DNA of 64,000 nucleotides from Bacillota bacterium. Lineage in GTDB: Bacteria; Bacillota; Desulfotomaculia; Desulfotomaculales; VENG01. The notes beneath the pieces are model-generated. The model had not been told where the DNA came from and did not search any database. It worked only from the letters and a program-made list of their open reading frames with translations. This document shows, piece by piece, positions 27,053-36,452 of this stretch (within the stretch, counting starts at the first letter, position 1; each line of letters starts with the position of its first letter). The stretch spans positions 99,535 through 163,534 of the forward strand of contig VENG01000008.1 in NCBI GenBank assembly GCA_009711705.1, written 5' to 3'. Both the position numbers and the translations under genes were made by a program.

Positions 27053-27496
27053 ATGGAACCGGCTTTTGTGGTATTATTGACCGCGTGTGGGGTAACAACG
27101 TTGTCCGCCATTCTTTCTAAGCGTTTAGGAAAAGAAAAGGAAATGGATAAATGGTCGGGGGAAATGAAGCGGTGTAGTGACCTTTCCACCGATGCTGAAG
27201 AGGCCGGCAGAAAAGATATTTACAGTGCCTTTCAAAAAAAAGGCAATGAAGCTATGCATAAATATTTTGCCGCGCTATACCTGGAGGCAGTTGTTGAGCT
27301 TTCTCCCCACGTGTTGGTCTTAGGGGTGTTGCAGCGCTATTATACTCAGGATGTACTGCATTTTGGTTTTAGTTTTTGGCCATTCGGTTCAGGCATAGGA
27401 TTCTTTGGTGTGTATTTAGTTAGCGCGCTGGTTTTCCATTTTGCCGTGTTGAAAAAATTGAAAAAGAAACTTCCCATATTTGGGACTGCAAAGTAA
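27053..27496 (+). CDS. small 3-TM membrane protein (DUF106/EMC3-like architecture)
   Basis: ATG 27053, downstream of hairpin 26991..27020. TM1, charged helix, TM2, then FGFSFWPFGSGIGFFGVYLVSALVF and a basic tail. Confidence 0.45.
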   Translation: MEPAFVVLLTACGVTTLSAILSKRLGKEKEMDKWSGEMKRCSDLSTDAEEAGRKDIYSAFQKKGNEAMHKYFAALYLEAVVELSPHVLVLGVLQRYYTQDVLHFGFSFWPFGSGIGFFGVYLVSALVFHFAVLKKLKKKLPIFGTAK

Positions 27497-27509
27497 ACGA
27501 TATACCCAT

Positions 27510-28751
27510 TTAAATAAACGAAAACAAAACTACAGATATTGCAGCGCCGGCGAGAACCAGCCAGAGAGTATCAAGTTTTGTATAGCGTTGGGCGGCAACA
27601 GCCCCCAGGGCCATTAGCCATGTAGGTATATCCACCAGGATGTCGTTAGTTAATCTAATAACCACGGCCCACAAAGTTCCGATAAATGCAGCTACCACTC
27701 CGCGTACCACCAAGCGGATACTGGGTACCTGCCCGGCCCGGCGGTATAAATCGGCGGTAAGGTTGATAATGCAAAAAGTGGGAATGTAAATATTTATTGT
27801 GGCCACCAGTGCCCCTGTTAAACCTGCTGCTTTGTAACCGATAAAAGTGGCAATTTTGGTTAATGGGCCCGGGGTTACTAAACTCAAGGCCAGAGCTGTA
27901 GTGAATTGCTGCGTGGTGATCCATTGATAATGATTGACGGCTTCTTCCTGGATAAAGGGCAACATGGCGTATCCGCTGCCAAAAACCAGGCCGCCTAATT
28001 CCATGAACGTAGTGCCCAAGTTCGTAAAGACTTTTGTGGTGCTGATTAAGGCAATATCTGCAGTCACCAGGGCGGCAACCAGGCCCACAGTATAACCCAG
28101 CTTTTTCCTGTCAATTGGTTTAATTTGGGTTTTTTCAATGTTCTGCTCTTTGGTGAGCCCGGCCATTTTTTCTGCCCACCAGGGAGAGCGCCGGCCTAAT
28201 ATGACAAAGGTGATGCTGAACAAGGTAGCCAGCAGGAGAATCCAGTAGATACTTAAATTCAGCCAGTAAATTAATACAAAACCTCCAATGGCCAGAACCC
28301 AATTCTGCTTATTGGTCACCCCTGATTTCCACAGGTTAAGAACAGTGTTGATAACCAGCCCCACCACCAGTGCCCCCAACCCTTTAAACAAGTTGGATAC
28401 TATAGACAGGTCACGGTATTCAGTATAAAGATAAGTAAAAACAACCATAAATACAAATGCCGGTAGCAGATAAGCTATAGCGGCGCAGGCTGAACCCCAG
28501 AAGCCGCGCAGTCGTTGTCCCAGGTATATCATTAGACTTACCGCCGGTGCACCTGGTAGAATTTGTGAGAAACCAACCCCCTGCAGGTATTCTTCATCAG
28601 TAAACCACTTCTTCTCTTTTACCAGCCAATTTTTTGCTTCCCCCAGAGCGGCTAGACTAAAGGATACAGCCCCAATTCGTAAAAAGGTAAGGCAAATTTC
28701 CGGCAACGAGGCGGTTTTTATATTGTCCCGGGGAGTTGTTTTTTCTGACAT
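27510..28751 (-). CDS. chrA: chromate transporter ChrA (two fused CHR halves)
   Basis: FLRIGAVSFS...ILPGAPAVS in half 1 and GGLVFGSGYAMLPFI in half 2. ATG 28751 follows AAGGAGAGG. Confidence 0.8.
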   Translation of the reverse strand: MSEKTTPRDNIKTASLPEICLTFLRIGAVSFSLAALGEAKNWLVKEKKWFTDEEYLQGVGFSQILPGAPAVSLMIYLGQRLRGFWGSACAAIAYLLPAFVFMVVFTYLYTEYRDLSIVSNLFKGLGALVVGLVINTVLNLWKSGVTNKQNWVLAIGGFVLIYWLNLSIYWILLLATLFSITFVILGRRSPWWAEKMAGLTKEQNIEKTQIKPIDRKKLGYTVGLVAALVTADIALISTTKVFTNLGTTFMELGGLVFGSGYAMLPFIQEEAVNHYQWITTQQFTTALALSLVTPGPLTKIATFIGYKAAGLTGALVATINIYIPTFCIINLTADLYRRAGQVPSIRLVVRGVVAAFIGTLWAVVIRLTNDILVDIPTWLMALGAVAAQRYTKLDTLWLVLAGAAISVVLFSFI

Positions 28752-28863
28752 AGTGTCCTCTCCTTGGTAATGAGCTTTCTTGACAGGGTAGCAGGCCATA
28801 ATAATCTGCCAGGCGCGGGTAGATTAATTTGATCTGGGTCCAAAGGTATTTTTATCGAGGTAT

Positions 28864-28882
28864 TAAGTGCACAGTGCACTTA
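28864..28882. promoter_or_regulatory. 8-3-8 palindromic operator TAAGTGCA-CAG-TGCACTTA upstream of chrA
   Basis: Perfect inverted repeat ~113 nt 5' of the chrA start. Same arms occur at 38996..39014. Confidence 0.6.
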
Positions 28883-28944
28883 TGTAATTTTAAGATATAG
28901 TATCATTACAATCTAATTAAAGCAATACTTTTTCCTAAATCAAA

Positions 28945-28972
28945 ACAGGGAATCCTATATAGGATTCCCTGT
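28945..28972. terminator. perfect 28-bp palindrome, terminator of the small minus-strand ORF
   Basis: ACAGGGAATCCTAT|ATAGGATTCCCTGT, followed by TTTTG on the minus strand. Confidence 0.6.
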
Positions 28973-29006
28973 TAACGAATCAAGATAGAACATAATTCAA
29001 AGTGTC

Positions 29007-29150
29007 TCAATCAGGGCTGGGCTCAACTTCATCATATGATAATTGGGTTACCCTGGTGAACTCTCCCGTCTTTTTTTCCTTACGGGTTGCTTTCTCCTCC
29101 AAATAATCATCATCCCCGGGTGCGGCAACTGGCTTTCTTCTTTCTTCCAT
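29007..29150 (-). CDS. small acidic hypothetical protein (47 aa)
   Basis: Below the track cut-off. ATG 29150 follows AAAGGGG: MEERRKPVAAPGDDDYLEEKATRKEKKTGEFTRVTQLSYDEVEPSPD. A terminator follows. Confidence 0.3.
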   Translation of the reverse strand: MEERRKPVAAPGDDDYLEEKATRKEKKTGEFTRVTQLSYDEVEPSPD

Positions 29151-29255
29151 TGTGATTAACCCCTTTTGTGATTGTTAAAACTAAATTATTTCCTATAGCA
29201 GGTTATATTATAAGGCCAGTCGAAGTGTTAATTAAAGTCAGTATTGGTAAGGTAA

Positions 29256-30122
29256 TTAAGCAAGGCCTTTGGCGCTGGCAATGGCCAGCACCTGCCTGGC
29301 ACGGTTAACAATGGGGTATTCCACCATTTTACCGTCTACCTGAATTACACCGGTGCCCTTGGTTTCTGCTTCTTCAAAGGCTGCCACAATTTTGCGGGCG
29401 TTTTTGATTTCTTCTTCCGAGGGGCTGAATATTGTATTGACCGGCCCGATCTGATTGGGGTGAATCACCATTTTACCCTGGAAGCCCAAACGTTGCGCTC
29501 TTTTGGCATCTTCCTGCAATGAGTCGGTATCCTTAATAAATGGGCAAACTGTATCTAAGGGAGCTTCGATACCGGCGGCCCGTGATGCAACTACCAGCCG
29601 GGAACGAGCATAAAAAAATTCGTCTCCGGTGGTGGAGTAAGGAGTTCCGATGTCTGTAGTGAAGTCATTGCCACCTAAGGCGAGCCTTTTTACTCTGGGG
29701 CAGGCGCACGCTATGTCATAGGCTTTTTCTACGCCCAGTGAAGTTTCCAGGAAAGGTACCAGCTCAAGTTTCTGTTTTTCCGGTACCTGTTCACCTTCCA
29801 AGAGCGAAAGCAGCCAGTCAACGTGCCTTACCTCTTCGGCGGATTCAGTTTTAGCAAGGAAAATTCCGGTAATGGGTTTGCCGGCAGCAGCCTGTAAATC
29901 GGCCAATATAAAAGGTGTTTTAGCATCGTTGACACGGACAAAGGTAGGTTTTGCCGGGGGGGAGCCCAAGAATTCTTCAACCTGTTCCCTGGCCGAGGCT
30001 TTTTGGCTGTAAGCCACGGCGTCCTCAAGATCGAGAATTATTGCATCCGCCTCCAGGCCATAGGCTTTGTTCATTTTTTTGCTGTCACTGCCCGGGGCAA
30101 AAAGCATAGAACGATAAAGCAC
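29256..30122 (-). CDS. CitE/HpcH-family CoA-ester lyase (citrate lyase beta-like)
   Basis: RSMLFAPG...DAIILDLEDAV...IHPNQI motifs. Confidence 0.8.
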   Translation of the reverse strand: MLYRSMLFAPGSDSKKMNKAYGLEADAIILDLEDAVAYSQKASAREQVEEFLGSPPAKPTFVRVNDAKTPFILADLQAAAGKPITGIFLAKTESAEEVRHVDWLLSLLEGEQVPEKQKLELVPFLETSLGVEKAYDIACACPRVKRLALGGNDFTTDIGTPYSTTGDEFFYARSRLVVASRAAGIEAPLDTVCPFIKDTDSLQEDAKRAQRLGFQGKMVIHPNQIGPVNTIFSPSEEEIKNARKIVAAFEEAETKGTGVIQVDGKMVEYPIVNRARQVLAIASAKGLA

Positions 30123-30241
30123 GGTGATGAACCTCCTTTAGTTCGAACATTATTTGTGACTATAATCATTTTTTCGACAGTAGTTAAATTTTTCCCTTCA
30201 AGTGAGCAATCCCATCAATTGAATCTAACGGAAGGAGTGGA

Positions 30242-30736
30242 ATGTTGACTCAAATATATGCACCGGATTTTGTAGGTAAGTCGGACCAAGCTGTTGTGTT
30301 TCTGGTTTCTTCTTTAAATCAGGAATTGGAAAGTGTTATGGAACGTGTTCACCGTGGAGAACAGGTTGTTTACCGTTTTGAGTGGAACCTTGCCAAAGAC
30401 AGTGAACAAAAGGATATGATTGTATTTGCTTTGGAGTTTGCCGACGAGGAAAATGTGTCTATTGGGCTGGCACCCCAATATTGGGAATGTTTACCCTCGG
30501 TTATTTCTCTCGGCTACATCGTTATTATGACCGACCCCGGCCTGATCAATGAGGAAAACCGGGCTACGGTGGGTGAAGAGCCCAGGGCATTAGTCATCCA
30601 CAGTGCTTTTAATGGCCTCGATGGATTAGCCGACCAGGCTAACCATCGAATACAGGCCGGAGAAAGAGGGAACTTAGACTTTTTGCTCAGGCTGCTTTCC
30701 GAGGGGACTGAGCCGGATGAAAAACCGCACCACTGA
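30242..30736 (+). CDS. hypothetical protein
   Basis: 164-aa ORF, SD GGAAGGAGTGG. Terminator AAAACCGCACCACTG-AATTT-CAGTGGTGCGGTTTT at 30721..30755. Confidence 0.45.
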   Translation: MLTQIYAPDFVGKSDQAVVFLVSSLNQELESVMERVHRGEQVVYRFEWNLAKDSEQKDMIVFALEFADEENVSIGLAPQYWECLPSVISLGYIVIMTDPGLINEENRATVGEEPRALVIHSAFNGLDGLADQANHRIQAGERGNLDFLLRLLSEGTEPDEKPHH

Positions 30737-30882
30737 ATTTCAGTGGTGCGGTTTTGTATTTGAGGTATTAATTTTCCCCAGTGTGATAGATTATTAGTTG
30801 TGTTTGGATACTTTTTTCAGCATTTTATCCCGGTAACTGTGGGTACAGGTAAGAGTCTGAGTGTTTACTGGAGACGAAATAT

Positions 30883-31590
30883 ATGTTAGCAATTGTGCTG
30901 AGAACCATTCTAATCTACTTTATCATGCTGGCGGTAGTCCGGCTGATGGGAAAAAGGGAGATAGGCCAGTTATCACCCTTTGATTTTGTGGTGGCCATTA
31001 TGATGGCTGAGTTGGCTGTATTACCCATGGAGTCACCTGACATTCCATTATGGCATGGCATAATACCTTTAGTGATATTAGTCTGCTTAGAAATAGGCAT
31101 TTCCTATATGGCCTTACACAGTCATACAGTGCGGGGCTTTTTAGACGGAAAGCCTCAAATTATCATTGAAAACGGCAGAATTCTCAAAAAGGAAATGCGA
31201 AAGAGCCGTTATAACCTTAATGATCTGATGGCCCAGTTAAGGGAAAAGGGGGTTCCCAATATAGAGGATGTGGAGTTTGGGATTTTGGAAACGTCGGGAA
31301 GGCTCAGCATTATTCCCAGATCTCAAAAACGTCCCATAACGCCTGCGGATTTGGGTATCCAGACCAAATACGAAGGTATGCCTTTGGCACTGGTTATGGA
31401 CGGGGTGGTTATGCACACTAATCTTGATATGTGCGGTCTGAATGAGAAATGGCTGTTTGAAAAGCTAAACGAAACCGGTATGGCCCTGGCCGATATTTTT
31501 CTGGCCATGCTGGATACCCAGGGGGAGCTTTATGTTGTTCCTAAAGATAATTTTAAAGATAATTTCCATGTACAGAAAAAGAAGGAATAA
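30883..31590 (+). CDS. DUF421 (YetF-like) membrane protein
   Basis: VRLMGKREIGQLSPFDFVVAIMMAE motif and a C-terminal soluble domain. Confidence 0.75.
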   Translation: MLAIVLRTILIYFIMLAVVRLMGKREIGQLSPFDFVVAIMMAELAVLPMESPDIPLWHGIIPLVILVCLEIGISYMALHSHTVRGFLDGKPQIIIENGRILKKEMRKSRYNLNDLMAQLREKGVPNIEDVEFGILETSGRLSIIPRSQKRPITPADLGIQTKYEGMPLALVMDGVVMHTNLDMCGLNEKWLFEKLNETGMALADIFLAMLDTQGELYVVPKDNFKDNFHVQKKKE

Positions 31591-31638
31591 ATGCCCTAAC
31601 AGTCGAATGAAAGTTTTTTAAGGCAAGGGGGTGGTTTT

Positions 31639-32334
31639 ATATACCAGCTGGAAAGAAAGCATTTAACAATACTTTTAATAGTAGCTGCCTTGGTGCTTTT
31701 GGGCGGCGGGTACAAGTTAGTATCACTATCGCAGGCGGAAAACAATAAAGGACAAGATGTATTAATAGATGCAAATTCCACAGGGCAGGAAATGAATTCC
31801 TTGAAATCGACGGAAAATTCCGGTAATGAAGAACAAACAGAAGAAGCAAAAGAAATATATGTCCATGTGGTAGGAGCAGTTGAAAGACCCGGTGTTTACA
31901 GGCTTCCTGAGGGGTCAAGGGTAGTGGATGCCATTAATAAGGCTGTTGCTGCCCCGGAAGCCCGACTGGATCTTATCAATTTAGCGGCACCGTTGCCTGA
32001 TGGCGTACAGGTTACGGTTTTATCAGAAGAAGAGTATCAAGAATCATTGTCCACTGCTGCAGGCAGTGTGGATGTGACGGCGCCCGTTCAAGGCTTTACC
32101 GGTACATCTTTTAAGCAGAGCAGCGGCGGCAATTCCGGTCAGGGACTGGTAAACATAAATACCGCCGGCCAGGGCGAACTGGAGACGCTTTCCGGCATTG
32201 GGCCGGCCTTGGCCGGGAGAATCATCGATTACAGAGAGAATACAAGATTTTTGTCCCCGGAGGATATTCGAAACGTTTCGGGGATCGGGGAAAAACGGTT
32301 TGAACAGATTAAGGATAAGATTACAGTTAACTGA
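31639..32334 (+). CDS. comEA: competence protein ComEA (membrane-anchored DNA receptor)
   Basis: SLBB-like IYVHVVGAVERPGVYRLPEGSRVVDAI and HhH VNINTAGQGELETLSGIGPALAGRIIDYRE. The TM anchor is encoded only if translation starts at ATA 31639 (SD AAGGGGGTGG). The track TTG 31690 lies inside the helix. Confidence 0.75.
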   Translation: MYQLERKHLTILLIVAALVLLGGGYKLVSLSQAENNKGQDVLIDANSTGQEMNSLKSTENSGNEEQTEEAKEIYVHVVGAVERPGVYRLPEGSRVVDAINKAVAAPEARLDLINLAAPLPDGVQVTVLSEEEYQESLSTAAGSVDVTAPVQGFTGTSFKQSSGGNSGQGLVNINTAGQGELETLSGIGPALAGRIIDYRENTRFLSPEDIRNVSGIGEKRFEQIKDKITVN

Positions 32335-32812
32335 TTTAAAAGTAAAGCATTACTTTGGGGTCATAATTATTTTTACGAAAATGCCCGGGATATATGGGAT
32401 TTTTGCATGCGTTCTTACTGTTTTTTGATATAAAAACATCTTAGGTATTCCTTTGGGGTCGTTTTCTGACAGGATTAACAGGATTTGCAGGATTTTTTTT
32501 TGAGCAGGATCATTACTTTGAGAGCGTAGATACTTCATGGTTTTAAAAGAGCACCATTAATTTAAAACAATGACTTATATTTATGAGATAGAATCGAAAT
32601 GAAAGTATTTATTAATAATTCCATTGCAGATAAACTTCATTGCTTATCCTGTTAATCCTGTAAATCCTGTCAAAATGTTTTTCTTTGTCTTTATTTTTTG
32701 ATTTTATCCCTATCCTTAATCCTATACCATGTCTTAATCCCTTTCCTTTTTCTTTTCTTTACGGAAATAGTTTGAAGGAAATAACTGTTTCCCGGTCGAA
32801 AATTTTCTTATT
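32335..32812. repeat. second locus of the triple-9-nt repeat family, between comEA and comEC
   Basis: Reverse triple 32466..32494 and forward triple 32644..32675 match in 24 of 29 positions as inverted repeats. Tail fragments at 32355..32420; degenerate copies at 32700..32745. Confidence 0.8.
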
Positions 32813-35233
32813 ATGAAACGTATAGCAATCATTGCAATAAAACAAATAATTAACGGAAGCAACGCTGTGAGCCGACCTCTTTTAGTGCTGGTACTGGCAT
32901 TCACTGTTGGTATTTTGGTGTCCGGTCTTTTAGAGCCCGGGCTCTTTTTGATTTTCGGATTATGCTTACTAGTTTTTTTGGTGGCCGTTTATAGTTTCTT
33001 TGTTGGTCGCAGAGGCACCGGGCTGTTAGTAGCCTTGCTGGCGCTTTTGTTAGGTTTATTGACAGGCGGTTTAGCCTGGCAGGGAATAGATCAAAGTATA
33101 CTTAAATATTGTGATCACTACGTAATTATAGGAGGGACAGTGAGACAGGCTCCCGAATACCGTCTTGACTCCATAGAGTACGTCATGGATGTTGAAACAG
33201 TGCGGGTAAACGGTAAGATGTATGCAAATTCCGGGGGCGTACTGGTAAGGGTAAAGGGAAAGCAAGGAAAGTTTGGTTACGGTGACAGGCTTCAGGTCGA
33301 GGGTGTTTTATACAGGCCTTCCACGCCAGGAAACCCAGGTTCGTTCAATTATCGCAAATACCTTGCCCGGCAAAATATTGTGGCTTTAACCACAGTAGAG
33401 CCTGACCATGTGCAAAGGCTGGCTAAGGGGGCACCGGGATTGCTCGGTGCTGCCGCAGTAATGCGGGAAAAAATGATGCAAATTGCCAGGGATACTCTTT
33501 CACCCACCCACGCGGCCATGTTGAACGGAATGATGTTTGGCTCCAGGGGAGAAATCCCACGTGATTTGCAGCAAGCATTTTCCCAATCCGGGCTGGCCCA
33601 TGTACTTTGCGTCAGTGGACTACATGTAGGCTTGGTGCTGGGAGGGCTTTTAATAGTATTGAGGATGATAGGTACTCCCGTTTCCTGGCTGCCCGCCGTG
33701 ATCACACCGATACTATTGTTTTATGGGGCTATGACAGGGTTTGGCCCGGCGGTATTACGTGCCACCGTAATGGCACTGATGCTTTTATGGGGGCACCGCC
33801 TGGGGAGAGAAAGAGACTGGCCCACCACGCTGGCGCTGGCTGCCTTAATCATCCTGGCTTTAAATCCTCTGCAGCTTTATGAAGTAGGTTTTCAGCTTTC
33901 CTTTGCCGCCACATGGGGCATTTTATATCTGGGGCCCTGGCTGCAATCAAAAATGGAACAGTGGCGGCTGCCCAGTTGGATAAAATCTATTCTCCAGGTT
34001 ACGGTCTCTGCCCAGCTGGGTACCCTACCCATAGTAATACAATACTTTAATCTGGTGTCCGCCGCTTCCATAATAAGCAACCTGGTGGCATTGCCACTGA
34101 CGGGTATTATCCTTTTAATGGGGTTTGCGGCAGGGGTAACGGGTCTTATCATACCCTTGGCTGCGCAGGTTATTAATGCGGGAACAGACATTTTATTAAG
34201 CATCTATGAATGGCTGGTTTTGACCATTAGAAATATCCCGGTAGCTTCACATTACACTGCCCCCTTGCCCTGGTGGGGAATCGCTGCCTGGTATGCGGGG
34301 CTGGTCACCGTGGTGGAATGGTGCCGGGTGCGGCCATTAATACCCATTTCGGGCTCTCGTAAGTCCTGGGCGGCAATAAGTGTTACCTGCCTGGTGGCCC
34401 TGGCAATTTGGCACGGTAGTAAAGGAAATAATTTGGAAGTTCACTTTATCGATGTGGGGCAGGGAGACAGTATACTGGTACGCCTGCCCGGCGGAAAGGA
34501 CATGCTGGTGGATACCGGGGGCTGGTTCGGAGACTTTGACGGTGAACCGGGTGTGGGCGACTACGTGGTGGTTCCCTATTTGCGCAGGTTGGGTATAAAT
34601 AAGCTTGACGCCGTGGTTTTATCCCACTTTCATGAAGATCATGCCGGTGGATTAAGAGCGGTTATGAAGGCTATAAACGTAGCTGTGTTGATTGTCCCAC
34701 CGCTGGATACGGAATTAGATGCCAACACCGGTGTTCAAGAAATTTTTGCCGTGGCCAGCCAAAAAAATATCCCTGTCCGTTTTGGCAATTACGGTGACAA
34801 ACTGTTCCCGGACAGCCCGGTTAAAATCTCTTGTTTGGGCCCTTTACAAGAACCTCTTGACGGGACCAGATCTGACCTTAACAATAATTCCCTGGTATTG
34901 TTTGTGGATTACAAGAATACCGAATTCTTATTGTCCGGCGATATTGAAGAAGAAATGCAGGAGAAACTGGTAGAAATGGGAGTGCTACAGGCAGTGGAAG
35001 TACTAAAAGTGGCCCATCACGGAAGCAGGTATGCCTCACCTGCCTTTTTGGAACAAACTGTACCAAGGGTAGCGATAATTTCAGTGGGGGAGGGGAATAG
35101 GTTTAATTTACCCAGTCAGGAAATAATTTCCCTTTTAGAAACCATGCAGGTGACAATATACCGCACTGACCGGGACGGCGCGGTGATAGTAAGTTCCAAC
35201 GGTAAGGGACTTACTATCAAAACCGGCCGCTAA
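32813..35233 (+). CDS. comEC: DNA internalisation competence protein ComEC/Rec2
   Basis: 806 aa; polytopic competence domain plus C-terminal metallo-beta-lactamase (HFHEDHAGG). Confidence 0.9.
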   Translation: MKRIAIIAIKQIINGSNAVSRPLLVLVLAFTVGILVSGLLEPGLFLIFGLCLLVFLVAVYSFFVGRRGTGLLVALLALLLGLLTGGLAWQGIDQSILKYCDHYVIIGGTVRQAPEYRLDSIEYVMDVETVRVNGKMYANSGGVLVRVKGKQGKFGYGDRLQVEGVLYRPSTPGNPGSFNYRKYLARQNIVALTTVEPDHVQRLAKGAPGLLGAAAVMREKMMQIARDTLSPTHAAMLNGMMFGSRGEIPRDLQQAFSQSGLAHVLCVSGLHVGLVLGGLLIVLRMIGTPVSWLPAVITPILLFYGAMTGFGPAVLRATVMALMLLWGHRLGRERDWPTTLALAALIILALNPLQLYEVGFQLSFAATWGILYLGPWLQSKMEQWRLPSWIKSILQVTVSAQLGTLPIVIQYFNLVSAASIISNLVALPLTGIILLMGFAAGVTGLIIPLAAQVINAGTDILLSIYEWLVLTIRNIPVASHYTAPLPWWGIAAWYAGLVTVVEWCRVRPLIPISGSRKSWAAISVTCLVALAIWHGSKGNNLEVHFIDVGQGDSILVRLPGGKDMLVDTGGWFGDFDGEPGVGDYVVVPYLRRLGINKLDAVVLSHFHEDHAGGLRAVMKAINVAVLIVPPLDTELDANTGVQEIFAVASQKNIPVRFGNYGDKLFPDSPVKISCLGPLQEPLDGTRSDLNNNSLVLFVDYKNTEFLLSGDIEEEMQEKLVEMGVLQAVEVLKVAHHGSRYASPAFLEQTVPRVAIISVGEGNRFNLPSQEIISLLETMQVTIYRTDRDGAVIVSSNGKGLTIKTGR

Positions 35234-35290
35234 AGGTCTAAGGAGTGGGAAAAAACACTTATTGCTTTTCATAAGCGGTGTTGCTCTCTC

Positions 35291-36448
35291 TTACACAGCT
35301 ATTATTTTGCGCTTAAGCAGTTCTTGCAGCGCGATGCCGGCTAAGAAACCTGCTCCCATATTCCACATCCCAAATCCAGCCGTAACGAGAAGGATATAAA
35401 AGTCTTCTTTCTCTCTACCCACATCTCTGGCACTTACCGCTAGCTCAAGACCGGCAAATAAAAGAATTACACCCAGTATGCACTCGGGAAAGATTTTAAA
35501 GATAAGGGCTACTGAGTTGCTAAAGAAAAGAGCCAATACAAGTAGTATGCAACCAAGTATTACAAGGGATCCGCCGGTTCTAGCCCCGAACCTGACGTGA
35601 CCGGCCATACCGCCCGCCCCGTGACACATGGGGGTGCCGCCGAAAATAGGTGATACCAGGTTCATTATGCCCTGCGAAACGGCAATTTTCTTTTCGGTTA
35701 CCGGCCTGTCCGGAAAGAGCCTATTATTTTCAGCAGTGATAGCAATGACGGCGTTCCCCAGTGTGAGTGGTATTTGAGGTATACCGAGTATTAGTGTCCC
35801 TTTGACAAAGTCCTGCCATGTTACACTGGCCACGGCCAGTTCAGGCATTCTAAAACCTATTTTAATTTGTGCCAGCTGACCAAATAGAGTAGGATCACGG
35901 AAAATGGCTACTGCTACGCCCACAACGAGAAGAACAAACATAGCCGGAACCTTTTTACCCTTGAGCAAGAAAAATGTAAGCAGCAAGGCAAATATGGCAA
36001 TTGCCAAATCACTCTGCATCTTTTGTATACCATCTTTAACGAACAAAAGCCCCAGGCCAAGTACAATACCTCTTATCACCGGCTTGGTTGCTATTTTGGA
36101 AATGTGATTTAGCATTCCCGTTAACCCCATAATAAGCCAGAAAAAACCGGTGAAAATTCCTGCCCCTAACACCATACTTGGTGTCAATGCCCCGGCACTG
36201 GTAATGGCTGCACCGCCTATAGCCTTCATGGGCTGGATGGGCAGTGGAGTCTTATAATACGAGCCCCCGATAATCATTAAGATACCAAACATAAACAATA
36301 CCCCGAGCGGGTCCATCTTCATTACCGTTATGTAGCCAACTATAAAAGGTATAAGGGTGCCCAGGTCACCAAAGGCACCGGCCCACTCCATGCGGTCAAA
36401 TTTGTTTTTAAGCTTTGTTGGTGCGGTTGGTTCCGTTTGAGTTTTCAT
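35291..36448 (-). CDS. MOT1/SulP-related putative molybdate/sulfate-type oxyanion permease
   Basis: WAGAFGDLGTLIPFIVGY and PIQPMKAIGGAAI resemble plant/algal MOT1 motifs (GDLGTxIP, PxQPMK). Confidence 0.6.
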   Translation of the reverse strand: MKTQTEPTAPTKLKNKFDRMEWAGAFGDLGTLIPFIVGYITVMKMDPLGVLFMFGILMIIGGSYYKTPLPIQPMKAIGGAAITSAGALTPSMVLGAGIFTGFFWLIMGLTGMLNHISKIATKPVIRGIVLGLGLLFVKDGIQKMQSDLAIAIFALLLTFFLLKGKKVPAMFVLLVVGVAVAIFRDPTLFGQLAQIKIGFRMPELAVASVTWQDFVKGTLILGIPQIPLTLGNAVIAITAENNRLFPDRPVTEKKIAVSQGIMNLVSPIFGGTPMCHGAGGMAGHVRFGARTGGSLVILGCILLVLALFFSNSVALIFKIFPECILGVILLFAGLELAVSARDVGREKEDFYILLVTAGFGMWNMGAGFLAGIALQELLKRKIIAV

Positions 36449-36452
36449 TCTG

